Source: a virus (lineage: Duplodnaviria > Caudoviricetes). From it: a stretch of DNA of 27,027 nt. The notes under the pieces were generated by a model. That model saw only the letters and a program-made list of their open reading frames with translations, made no database searches and was not told the origin of the DNA. The position numbers were made by a program, and so were the translations under genes. This document shows, in pieces, positions 17,801-26,585 of the stretch; positions within the stretch are counted from its first letter, which is position 1; each line of letters starts with the position of its first letter. The stretch spans positions 1 through 27,027 of IMG/VR virus record IMGVR_UViG_3300020045_010365; one strand, 5' to 3'.

Positions 17801-18226
17801 ACCGAAAACTGGAATAATGCCTTCGGAGTTAATTACCCTGTTCGTATTTGTATAACAGGTAATCTTAACCCATCGGCATTAAAAGTATTGAATAATATAT
17901 CCCTTGAAAGCAATGCTATCCCTGACTATACAGTAGCTTATACTGATTACCCAAATATTCAAATAACTGACTTGGCGGGAACCGACCCTGAATGGGTAAA
18001 CGAAGAGGGATTAATGTATGCCGACTTTTTAAAGGATAGATTAAGCCCTAATTCTATCGGAACGCCGGATGAAAAACTGTTTATCGGAGACGACCTGACA
18101 GATATAGTATTGAAGATAATGGTTGAGTTTCAAGCGTATGATAATTTATTTTATTGTAATTTTATAGATATTGGGTACAGTATAAGTAGAGGACAAAAGC
18201 AAATACTCAATCCTATTAACACCTAA
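14810..18226 (+). CDS. Putative tail muzzle/stabilisation (nozzle) protein A, 1138 aa
   Basis: GMDGD...NARM...GRLEN N-terminus, LYWAD..NEPRRINI, FAYRYIY...S.LS.WS and LKVLNNISLES motifs, as in crAss-like muzzle proteins. Confidence 0.75.
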   Translation: MPIEKRSFFEGMDGDTSQRLLSDKVALNIMNARMAISEYGRMGRLENTPGMLYVPQSVIPPYGGDQTIGTATDLNNGRLLWFNYNDLSNNGIYCYDPNVGTTGTVYAVVYDSQVVGGLGFSRDSLIHSARVENGYLYWADSTNNEPRRININSGIEANHPGTFTDTYAYTFPMRQNVLYWIRRQPGLPPSAVKIDDSGVVNNLIKDEGFWFAYRYIYRGYEISTLSAWSELLNYNSIDETYNSITIEIPLLEYIDQDVLQVDVVVKYANGGKAFVIKSWNKNIAIDAADIANHNAGSNNLDFNYANDFIGIALDDAYSVKPYDSVPIYAQTIEMARNRSLMGNFVIGYDTPTETSLLVEANIQTDSATPTGRWVSITYNFGANVHYFLDVQGLASDNGYYDYTPQPPAFPATVAFGSMTFVASGPSNFALYVVANYPDWTGGIVDTGNVSDITGSPPVAGLSGSEALKSGGSYWASISFLDHAGRKCGILTKPELKVDIAEREYAQVDYTTGINWTLNNLSAVNEIPEWAAAYSIDITKCLTTRYFLQSKVRNITYVTKVVADGTYVFNTNTYAATLNGVGIDITLLNSYGMGYVFSEGDFVKVYISTSIYTLSVVAQDGNWIVCELQDLGALGNTGTPKTDVLFEVFTPYRPSSSEAHYEVGQIYPIDNPGTLSREYSTLAGTIGGDITLLTRNDGSADYLTENMSPNDKFYQVWNTDSGRPNFVDDIGQQTKTNYIAYSDVYIQGSKVNGLSTYEALNQSDTPSECGDLTKLQTANKVGDEQGGILLAIHQHEVVSIYLGEVQLVGASANAFVAQSAGFIGTKNILKGSFGTTRPESVFEYLGLVFGIDLKQGVFWQYSAGGLEPVSRYNQSRFFKRYCMDYLAASSGNLDNINGFHHIRANINPFTKEVLVTLPALIYENYADVLPSYGGIVPDYATSIINRFDIFDQLQKTMSFQYEENKWGNNYEWIAEWSEYLQNQAYAFKDGFLYILDRDTENWNNAFGVNYPVRICITGNLNPSALKVLNNISLESNAIPDYTVAYTDYPNIQITDLAGTDPEWVNEEGLMYADFLKDRLSPNSIGTPDEKLFIGDDLTDIVLKIMVEFQAYDNLFYCNFIDIGYSISRGQKQILNPINT

Positions 18227-18237
18227 ACTTTATAAAA

Positions 18238-18825
18238 ATGCCTTTACCGTTAATGGCTATCGGAGCAGGAATTGGAGCATTAGGCTCTATTGGTAAATTT
18301 ATTTTTGGCAATAAACAGCGAAGAGAAGGAAAGAAAATTAAGCCAATATTCAATCAATACCAAACAAATCCATACGCAAAACAACAGTTAGGTATTGCCC
18401 AAAATATGTTCAATGGGCGAATGGCTGGCGCACCCCAATTAGAAAGAAATATAATGGCCAGTGGAGCAAATTTCAATGCTAACGTAGGACGTAATGCAAC
18501 CGATGGTTCACAAGCATTGGCACTTGCAGCAGCAGGTCAAGGCCAAACAAACCAAGATTTAGGAAACCTTCAAGTACAAGAGCAGCAAAATAAATATGGG
18601 ATGCTGCAAAATCTTAATCAAGCCTACGGTGGTTTAATTAATGAAGGGGATAAAGAGTATCAAAGTATGCTGCAAAAATTCCAAATGGATACACAGCAGA
18701 AAAATGCTTTAATGGGTGGCGGCGCACAGAATATGTTTGGTGGTATAAGTGATTTAGCATCACTTGGTATTATGGGTGGACAAATGTTTGGCGGTCAAAA
18801 GAAACAACAAGGCGTTCCAGCTTAA
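18238..18825 (+). CDS. Gly/Gln/Ala-rich putative ejection (cargo) protein
   Basis: MPLPLMAIGAGIGALGSIG N-terminus, Q/N-rich helical body, follows the muzzle gene. Confidence 0.7.
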   Translation: MPLPLMAIGAGIGALGSIGKFIFGNKQRREGKKIKPIFNQYQTNPYAKQQLGIAQNMFNGRMAGAPQLERNIMASGANFNANVGRNATDGSQALALAAAGQGQTNQDLGNLQVQEQQNKYGMLQNLNQAYGGLINEGDKEYQSMLQKFQMDTQQKNALMGGGAQNMFGGISDLASLGIMGGQMFGGQKKQQGVPA

Positions 18826-18835
18826 ACTAAAAACA

Positions 18836-20356
18836 ATGGCAGAAGCAGGGTATAATGAAAGTTCGGTAGTTCTACCATCCATGTTTGGCGACCCCGGTTC
18901 GGCAATGGAGAATGCTTTGAATAGAAAGCAGCAGGACAAACGGTTTGATTATCAAATACGGAAGGAAAATGAAATGGATGAGTGGCGCAAATTGAATCTT
19001 ATTCAAGACCTTACTAATTTAGACAAACACCAAACAGGAAGTGATGTAGCTAATGCCATAGGTAATAAACAAGCATCTTCCATACTTCAAAAATATACAG
19101 CAGCAGCAAAGAAAATGTCGCCAAGTGAATTGTTGGCTAACGTTCAAAAAGATATGCAAGGAACGATTACGGGAATGGAGGCGATGAAAAATGAATTGGC
19201 GATTTCTGATGAACAACTTAAAGTATTAAAAACTCAATTCCCTGAGTTAGATATTTCTTCATTGGCAAAAGACCATAGAGCAGATATTTTAAATAGGAGA
19301 ATAAAAGACGATGAAGGGTTTGTTAATCCTTTAGAAGTAGGGCAGTCGCAAGTTGATTTTAGCAATCCTGAATTTTTAAGCCGGTATGCAACGGGGAATA
19401 AAAACTTATCGGAAAATATCATCAACCCAAAAGGACTAGAAGACACAACGGTACTAACAGGAAGTCCCGATTCAAATACAAAGTGGGCATCAAAAGTCCC
19501 TTTTTGGAAAAAACCAAACTTTGAACAAGAGGCAATGAAGCAGGGCTTTTTAGGCAAAGACTTTATACCTAACTTAGAACTAAAGAGTACGACTATCCCT
19601 GCCGATGCGTTACCATCATCAAACGGGAAACCATTTGAAGTAATTGATAGAGAAGTGTTGGATAGATTTACACAAGATGGAAAAATGAATTTGGAGTTGA
19701 TTGCAGCAACAAGAGATAAATTTCCTTCCTATGATAACTTCAACCAAACAGAAAAAGAGTATGCAAAAAGAAACGTTCTGCATGACCAAATAAAAGCATT
19801 AGACCAAAGCAACTTCCATCCGGTAGAAAATAGACGGCCAGCAAGAACGACAGTGAATGTAAGTGGTAGTGGTGGTGCAAACCCAGATGCATTGATAAAT
19901 AAAGTTTATGAAAGGATTAATAGTAAAATAGATTATGATTTAGGAAGAGGATTTAATGCAACAAGGTATAACGCATTAGAAAATGATGGGCAAGAGGTTG
20001 TTAAAAAGGCTGTCGAAAATGCAGGGTATGAAGTAGGGGAAGGTGGCGAGAACGTATTTATAAGAAAAGATAGTGCGGGAAATATAAGGGTATATCGCAC
20101 TTCTGAAGGTGGAAAGTTACTGGCTAACCCAGAAAATGAAATAGCCACACTTTCATATACTGGAACTAATTTACCAAAACAAGCAAACGTAAGAGGTAAA
20201 GTTGAAACTGTTGAAAAAGGAGAAACGGGCAAAGCGATAACAAAGCCACCGCAGCCTGCTGATGATGGATATACAAGAGATGAATTGAAAAAAGCAGGGT
20301 GGACAGATGACCAAATAAACAAAGCACAAAAAGCAGGGAAGATAAAAGTTAAATAA
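18836..20356 (+). CDS. Putative ejection (cargo) protein
   Basis: Likely start MAEAGY at 18836; helical and hydrophilic; position in the module. Confidence 0.65.
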   Translation: MAEAGYNESSVVLPSMFGDPGSAMENALNRKQQDKRFDYQIRKENEMDEWRKLNLIQDLTNLDKHQTGSDVANAIGNKQASSILQKYTAAAKKMSPSELLANVQKDMQGTITGMEAMKNELAISDEQLKVLKTQFPELDISSLAKDHRADILNRRIKDDEGFVNPLEVGQSQVDFSNPEFLSRYATGNKNLSENIINPKGLEDTTVLTGSPDSNTKWASKVPFWKKPNFEQEAMKQGFLGKDFIPNLELKSTTIPADALPSSNGKPFEVIDREVLDRFTQDGKMNLELIAATRDKFPSYDNFNQTEKEYAKRNVLHDQIKALDQSNFHPVENRRPARTTVNVSGSGGANPDALINKVYERINSKIDYDLGRGFNATRYNALENDGQEVVKKAVENAGYEVGEGGENVFIRKDSAGNIRVYRTSEGGKLLANPENEIATLSYTGTNLPKQANVRGKVETVEKGETGKAITKPPQPADDGYTRDELKKAGWTDDQINKAQKAGKIKVK

Positions 20357-22241
20357 TGGGGAAGTCTATAAGACAAATACCGTCTTGCGCTACAATAGAA
20401 AGTGTGTAAACGGTTGCGTCACCATCAATATATACTTTTACCAAATCTCCTTCAGTAAAAACATACCCCATCCCATAGCTATTTAATAATGTAATATCAA
20501 TAGCAACTCCATTCAAAGTAGCTGCATAGGCACTTGTATTAAAAACGTAAGTCCCGTCAGCGACAACCTTTGTAGCGTATGTTATATTCTTAACTCTGGA
20601 CTCTAAAAAATATCTTGTTCTTAAGCATTTTGTAATAACGATAGAATATGTAGTTGCGTAATCTGGTATTTCGTTTATTGCATTACTGTTTATAAGAACC
20701 CAATTCAGCCCTGTAATAAAAGTTATTTGTGTAAATTCTCTATCTGGTGTTTTATATATTTGGAAATCCGATGTAAGTACACCGCATTTTCTATCCCCAA
20801 AATCTCCAAATTTTATTCCTATCTGATAGGAAGCATCAGTTTTAAATGAAGTAGCTCCCGTCAATGACACTGGACTTATACCTGTTATTTCAGAAGTATT
20901 GCCAGTATCAACAATACCTCCTGTCCAATCGGGATAATTAGCCACTACATAAATAGCAAAATCGGCTGGGCCTCCTGCTACTTTTGTTAAATCACCGATA
21001 GCGACAGATATCGGGAATGGCGGCGGTTGAGATATTAATGTAGTATCATAAAATCCGTTATCCGTTCCAACATCCTGAATATCTAAAAAATAATGCACAT
21101 TAAGCCCAAAATTATAAGTAATACTAACCCATGTACCTATAACAGTAGCCCCTTCAGAATTAGTTACAAAAGCAGCTTCTAAAGAAGTAAATACTGGTGT
21201 ATCATATCCAATAACATTGTTCGCTAAATAAAGCCTATTCCTTGCTACGTCTAATGTTTCACTTATAATCGGTATACTTTCAAATGGTTTTACTACATAA
21301 GCCCCGTCTAAGGCTTCTCCAATTTTATCATTTAAAAAGCTATACGACAATAATGTTACTCCGTCATTGTGGGCTTGAATTTCCGCTGCATCGGTAGGGT
21401 TATTTTTATCCCAAAAATTAGCAACAAAAAACTGAAGGGTCTCACCATATCGAACTACTAAGTCAACTCTTTGCACATCTTGATCTATCTTTTCTTCTAA
21501 TTGAAAAACAACATCTATTCTATTATAATTATCAGAGGATATATTATAATTTGCTAACTCGCTATAAGTGGATAGTACAGAAGTCTCACCATCCTTATAA
21601 TAATATCTTGCACAAAATTGAAAGGCTCCGTCTTTTATAAAATTATTAGTTAATGCTGGAACTGTTTGCCATACTTTAGATATTTGCAAAGGCAGCAATG
21701 GAGGTCTTTTTAATAGTGAAATTACTTCCTCATTTAAAGGATCAGTATAGGCTTCGGTATCTGGAAATGTACCCGGATGGTTTAAGTTTATTCCTGCATC
21801 AATATTTACTTTCCTTTGCCTATTTAAGTTATCCGTCCAGTATAAAAGCCCGTCTACTACTCTTGCGCTATGGATAGGGTAGTATTTATCAAAGTTTAAT
21901 CCACCAACTACTTGTGCGGAATAAAGAACAATGTATGTAGTTTGATTGGCAATATCCCAACACTCTATTCTATCCCAAGGCCCATGAACGTTCTTTTTGA
22001 AATATAAAATTCTATCATTTTCCGCATCTTCAACAGCCCCTAATTCAATAAAAGTAATAGAAGGTTCAGGAGTTGATAAAAGTAAGGTACTTCCAATGCT
22101 TTCAACTGTTCCTGTTACTCCTGCATCTGTGCTGCCAGTTCTGCAATTTTCTTTATTTATAAAATCGTTTATTTCAACTGCAAAGGGGGCATCGTCAAAG
22201 TTGCCCTTACCATCAGAAAAATATTTTCTTTCCATTTCCAT
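20349..22241 (-). pseudogene. Muzzle paralog B, C-terminally truncated (630 aa)
   Basis: Colinear with roughly the first 620 aa of 14810..18226 up to VAQDG, then 9 unrelated residues and a stop. Confidence 0.75.
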
Positions 22242-22909
22242 TACAAATACTTATAGCTTGTTTTGTTTGGCAGATACCCTCTTAAACAACCAACAAAATG
22301 ATTTATATTATACCCGGCGAATCTTGCCGCTGCCGCTCCTGAAGGAAATATTTCTCCTGTTTTTTCGTTTATAACTTTTTTAGCACTTGGCGGTATCTTT
22401 CCTTTCTTAGCAAGAGATTGTTTTCGTCTGGTTTCATCGCTTGCTTTTTTACCGGTTCTATGACTCTTTTCTCCCTTCGTTGCTAACGATATGTTTCTTT
22501 TATGCTCTTCACTAATTGGCTTCCCCTTTTTAGCCAAAGATTGTTTCATTCTTGTTTCATAAGAATGCGTAACTCCTTTTCCACAATGATAGCCGCCCGT
22601 ACTTAAATTAACCAACATCCCATTTGCATGAATCCCTCTCATGCCAAAAAGTTTTATTAAATGAGCTTCTAAATAAGTAGCCTCATGTTCAAATAAGTGA
22701 GACTTATATACCTCTACTATTGGCTTCCCATATTTATTCACATACGCCTTCCATCTTGGAGACCTGCTCCCCATGTGTCGTGACCTTTTTTCGTCTCCAA
22801 TCCCTACATAGAAAATCTGTTCAGTATTTGGGTTTCTGTGTATATAAACAACATAATCGTTTTTATCTCCACGCATTTTAGTTGTAAAATATTTATGCTT
22901 TTGTTCCAT
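22241..22909 (-). CDS. GIY-YIG-type homing endonuclease with NUMOD3/NUMOD1-like repeats
   Basis: YVVYIH...IFYVGIG...R, LE..LI, LVNLSTGG; repeats HSYETRMKQSLAKKGK and SDETRRKQSLAKKGK; TGEIFPSGAAAAR. Confidence 0.88.
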   Translation of the reverse strand: MEQKHKYFTTKMRGDKNDYVVYIHRNPNTEQIFYVGIGDEKRSRHMGSRSPRWKAYVNKYGKPIVEVYKSHLFEHEATYLEAHLIKLFGMRGIHANGMLVNLSTGGYHCGKGVTHSYETRMKQSLAKKGKPISEEHKRNISLATKGEKSHRTGKKASDETRRKQSLAKKGKIPPSAKKVINEKTGEIFPSGAAAARFAGYNINHFVGCLRGYLPNKTSYKYL

Positions 22910-23674
22910 CTATGACTTCATTGCGGCTGTATAACTGTTCCTAATTATGTTTAGCACATCAGTACGAGTGAGATCATTTAAGTTGGCTCGAAGATGCCTC
23001 CTTGCATTGTAATAAGAAGCCCCTTCAGGGGACATATCAATACCTGCATTTGGGCTACTCATCCAATCAATATATCTCTGTACACAATTAAATGCTTGCA
23101 TATCTACTTGGCTTGCATTGTCTATACTTTGGCCGTCTGAAATATACAGTAGCACTACATTTGAGCCTTCAAAAATAAAATCCTGCGTTAATTGAATTTG
23201 CCGTCTTTCTTTGAATAACTGATAGCCTGATTGAGTTCCACCACCCTGACCAAAGAATCTTCCTGTTGGTTCTCCAAAATCATTTACATTCCAAAAATAT
23301 CCCCATCCTCCGGGGAATCCCCAAACAGTTTGTTCGCCCCTATCTTCATCTACCAATTCATTGTATGGCTCAAATGCTCCTGTTGTTGGATTGTTTATTC
23401 TAATTGGCGTTAACCAATCTTGTTTTGGTAGTCTATGAAGTTGGTCTCCCGATGGGATACATACAGCCAAATCGTCCATGAAATCCCCCGGCGTATCAAA
23501 AGCACCATAGCTATTAACTGGCCTGTTTACAGCGTTTATAATTCTTAAAGTGTCTTTAGCTAAATTTCTGATACAGGCGGCAGCATGAAATAAATATTCA
23601 GCGTACCACTGCATAGGCATCCCTTTTTCTAAAAGGCTGCGGCGAACAATCATATCAATCGTTGCAAACGTCAT
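22910..23674 (-). CDS. Putative tail ring protein B3
   Basis: NDFGEPTGRFFG and YISDGQSIDNAS align with NEFGENLGRQFG and YIGNGLDVDSAS of A3. Confidence 0.65.
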   Translation of the reverse strand: MTFATIDMIVRRSLLEKGMPMQWYAEYLFHAAACIRNLAKDTLRIINAVNRPVNSYGAFDTPGDFMDDLAVCIPSGDQLHRLPKQDWLTPIRINNPTTGAFEPYNELVDEDRGEQTVWGFPGGWGYFWNVNDFGEPTGRFFGQGGGTQSGYQLFKERRQIQLTQDFIFEGSNVVLLYISDGQSIDNASQVDMQAFNCVQRYIDWMSSPNAGIDMSPEGASYYNARRHLRANLNDLTRTDVLNIIRNSYTAAMKS

Positions 23675-24366
23675 TAATTTTGTTGTTGTTGTTTAATCGG
23701 AACGTTCTTTTGCGCCTTGACAGTACTATCAACCAACTTGTCTGCAAGTGGCTCCTCGCTATACATTTTGAATATTTCTTGTTTTATCTGCCACTCAATT
23801 TCAGGAGTGATTGGTAAAATATCATAGTCGTCATAAAGCGATACATCCATAATAGCAAGTCGCATGGCTACTGTTATTTCGGGGAACTGCAATTTTATAT
23901 CTTTTGTAAAGACAACTTCGTTCCCGAATACCTCATACCCAACCTGACCTAATAAATCGTTAATCATTAATTGAGACTTAATTAACCCAGCTTGCCCCAT
24001 TTGCAATGGGATGTACTCGTTGTCCAAATCGTACCGTCTATCAATGTTTCGGTATTTTGGGTATATAGCAAAAACTCCCATGTTACGTGGAAGTTTTAAT
24101 GGTTTAACAGGGAGTGTACATTTGCTTTTCCCGTTGTATGAAGTAACTGCAATATCTTCATACAGCCCTAATACTGAACCGTTTGGTATCATTTCCCGCA
24201 TTGGGATATTGACTTGCAGGTACTCCGTTTTTAGCAACCCATTCGCCACCTGCCCGATTGAAATTTTCATTTCGTTCAGGCTTATATCGGTTGCTACGGG
24301 TGGATCGCCGCCACTCAATAGCTTCAAACATTCTTCAGCAAGTCGGTATATAGTGACAACTGCCAT
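23674..24366 (-). CDS. Putative tail ring protein B2
   Basis: YEDIAVTS..GKSKCTLPVKPLKLPRN and NDLLGQVGY align with A2. Confidence 0.6.
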   Translation of the reverse strand: MAVVTIYRLAEECLKLLSGGDPPVATDISLNEMKISIGQVANGLLKTEYLQVNIPMREMIPNGSVLGLYEDIAVTSYNGKSKCTLPVKPLKLPRNMGVFAIYPKYRNIDRRYDLDNEYIPLQMGQAGLIKSQLMINDLLGQVGYEVFGNEVVFTKDIKLQFPEITVAMRLAIMDVSLYDDYDILPITPEIEWQIKQEIFKMYSEEPLADKLVDSTVKAQKNVPIKQQQQN

Positions 24367-24368
24367 AA

Positions 24369-25052
24369 TTATTCTCTTATATTACCTTGAAAGTTTTGGC
24401 CGCCTTTTGTTTTGCTCCACTGCATAATATCTTGCTCACTTATATTTATTCCAATAGACTGTAAAGCAAGTATATATACCATGTTTTGATCCTTTTCCAA
24501 CCATTCTAATTCTGTTGAATTATCGGCGTCATATACTATAACCCTTGCGCTGATCGTTGTATATGCAAAGTGTGGCGCAACCGGCCTGCGAAGGAACGTT
24601 ACCACCCCTGTATTTGCTTCGGTTGGCCAAAGACGAATGAATCCGGGGGCAGCCATTTCCCCAATAGGGCTTGTTAGCGTTACTGGATCAAGTTGGGAGT
24701 TTAGCCTTTCTGACCGCTCATCCTCGTTTACCATTGCTACGGCAGCGTACCTTATACCTCTACCGCTTATGGTGTAAGTAATCCTAACGTCCAATAAATC
24801 AAGGTAGTTGAGATTTGATGGGACTGAAATATACCCTGAAACGGTATCGCTTGGGCTAAATTCATAGGTAGCCCTAAATGGAGAGAGTGAATCTTTTATC
24901 CTTTGAGAAGTAGCGTAGCGTGGCTGAAGGTTGGAGTAAAGCGTCATTTGACCCCTGTCAACAATGAGGTCAAGTTCTTGCATCGTATAAAACGATCCCA
25001 TTTCTTTATTGATCCAGAAATTTAGGAATTGGTAACCTTCGGCTAAAGTCAA
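24369..25052 (-). CDS. Putative tail ring protein B1
   Basis: SQ...DSL.PFR, LRRP and LEW shared with A1; TTG start; minus-strand -7 element TAATTTTG at 25069-25076. Confidence 0.6.
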   Translation of the reverse strand: MTLAEGYQFLNFWINKEMGSFYTMQELDLIVDRGQMTLYSNLQPRYATSQRIKDSLSPFRATYEFSPSDTVSGYISVPSNLNYLDLLDVRITYTISGRGIRYAAVAMVNEDERSERLNSQLDPVTLTSPIGEMAAPGFIRLWPTEANTGVVTFLRRPVAPHFAYTTISARVIVYDADNSTELEWLEKDQNMVYILALQSIGINISEQDIMQWSKTKGGQNFQGNIRE

Positions 25053-25085
25053 AGTTATTGAAGTTTACCAAAATTATACTTTTTT

Positions 25086-25733
25086 TCAATTTAACAAAGC
25101 AATTTCTTGATAAGTAGGGATTTCTTTGCCTAAAATGTCCTTTTCTTTGACAATTCCGAAAGGTTTTCCGCCGATTTGATATAACTGAATCTTGTTTGGG
25201 GCGAAGTAAACCCTGTCCATTGGCTTTAAACTGTGATTATTTTTGCTAATGTTTGATATTACCGCCGTAGAAGCGGCATTGGATTTTTTAGTTTTGGCAT
25301 CCAAAATAATGATTTTGGGAGCTTCCATTTGCTCCACCATGACGTACCCGTTTTGCATACGGATTTCCCCGCCTCTTATGACAGCGAAAAGATAAGTGAT
25401 ATTGACTGAAAAAAACTCCTCCCCTTTGTAGGTTATTAAGTTTTTGAAAATCGGGTCACGGTTATGGCTTCTTTGAATCCTTGAAGATATTACTTGGTAG
25501 CTAAAAATAGCCGTATCTCCTTCATAAATGTCATGGGTGGAAAATCCTTTGTAGTCTTTTGTGTCACTTATGGCGATTGGGACACTTACTACCTCACCAA
25601 TGATATTAACATAATCCGATGGGTCTATTGTTGAACCATTTTGAATAGCTGACACTTTTAACAAGTCAGTCATATTAGCTATGTACTTTGTTTTTACTTT
25701 TATTAAAACTTGATTAGTTGGTGATTGTAGCAT
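25086..25733 (-). CDS. Extended GroES-like protein, cassette B
   Basis: PTNQVLIKV, GEVVSVP, EGDTAIFSYQV and VKEKDILG align with 11330..12172. Confidence 0.55.
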   Translation of the reverse strand: MLQSPTNQVLIKVKTKYIANMTDLLKVSAIQNGSTIDPSDYVNIIGEVVSVPIAISDTKDYKGFSTHDIYEGDTAIFSYQVISSRIQRSHNRDPIFKNLITYKGEEFFSVNITYLFAVIRGGEIRMQNGYVMVEQMEAPKIIILDAKTKKSNAASTAVISNISKNNHSLKPMDRVYFAPNKIQLYQIGGKPFGIVKEKDILGKEIPTYQEIALLN

Positions 25734-26046
25734 CGCTTACTATTTTAAATTTGTTGTATCTTTTTTTATCCATTAATACTCTTTCCGAATGAAACCATAC
25801 TGCCATGTTATCAAAAATCAATTGTATGTTAACTATTTCATTGGGGAAGGATGGTATAAAATTTCCGTTTATAGTTCCACTAAAAACTATCCAAAGATTA
25901 TACCCCGGTAGTGGCGACTGACATATAGCACCTTCTACTGGAAAAGAAGAAAGCCTCCCTACGTAATGGGGAAAGTTTCTTTGCAGAATATAGTATTGCA
26001 AAACACCTTCATTATCTTTTTCACGGTATGTTATAAACTGGTTCAT
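25714..26046 (-). CDS. Hypothetical protein
   Basis: ATGA-coupled 110-aa ORF. Confidence 0.7.
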   Translation of the reverse strand: MNQFITYREKDNEGVLQYYILQRNFPHYVGRLSSFPVEGAICQSPLPGYNLWIVFSGTINGNFIPSFPNEIVNIQLIFDNMAVWFHSERVLMDKKRYNKFKIVSDATITN

Positions 26047-26585
26047 GTGTATATGTCCTCTGGCTTCAATAGTGCATTATAATTTACAACTGCCATGTTA
26101 TTTGCGCTAAATCCCGCCCTCTGTAATGCTGCAAATGGGTAGCAAAACTTCCATGTTCCTTTCAAATCATTAGCTGCTGTATCTATGTGTGCTGTGTCAG
26201 GTATTGAGAGAAAGTCATCATAAAACTTTGCGCTAACGCAATACAGGTGAAACCCACACATTATATTGTTTGATACAGGCACTACATAAGTTGCTGCTAC
26301 ATAAATATCGTAATCTTCTGGCTTGGGTTTGTTTCTTAGAAAATGCTGCCACCCGTCTGCTGCCGGGAAATAACAGTCATCTTCTCCCAAACAAACTTCC
26401 GGCAACCCCTTTTCTTTGGCATCCCGCACAATCATCTTATGAGATGCGTTTATGCTTTGTGGCACATCGTTCATTATCACGCATGGCCAAATTTCGTAAT
26501 CAGTAATATTTTGCGCTGCCAATTCATCCATCAATGGCTGAAACTTTTCAATCCGTCTTGAATCTAAAATCAAATTCAATTTCAT
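26043..26585 (-). CDS. Glycosyltransferase, GT25-like
   Basis: RR near the N-terminus and SH...V..A......V...EDD, the typical GT25 pattern. Confidence 0.7.
   Translation of the reverse strand: MKLNLILDSRRIEKFQPLMDELAAQNITDYEIWPCVIMNDVPQSINASHKMIVRDAKEKGLPEVCLGEDDCYFPAADGWQHFLRNKPKPEDYDIYVAATYVVPVSNNIMCGFHLYCVSAKFYDDFLSIPDTAHIDTAANDLKGTWKFCYPFAALQRAGFSANNMAVVNYNALLKPEDIYT

Larger units (their letters stand above)
16112..20939. repeat. 38-bp perfect inverted repeat (16112-16149 and 20902-20939)
   Basis: aattatcccgattggacaggaggtattgttgatactgg, in frame in both muzzle paralogs. Confidence 0.95.

Noticed and set aside
15732-24427. Antisense ORFs inside structural genes (e.g. 16333..16584, 19933..20376, 21997..22374, 24011..24427)
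   Set aside because: They lie opposite long conserved genes and show no recognisable motifs.
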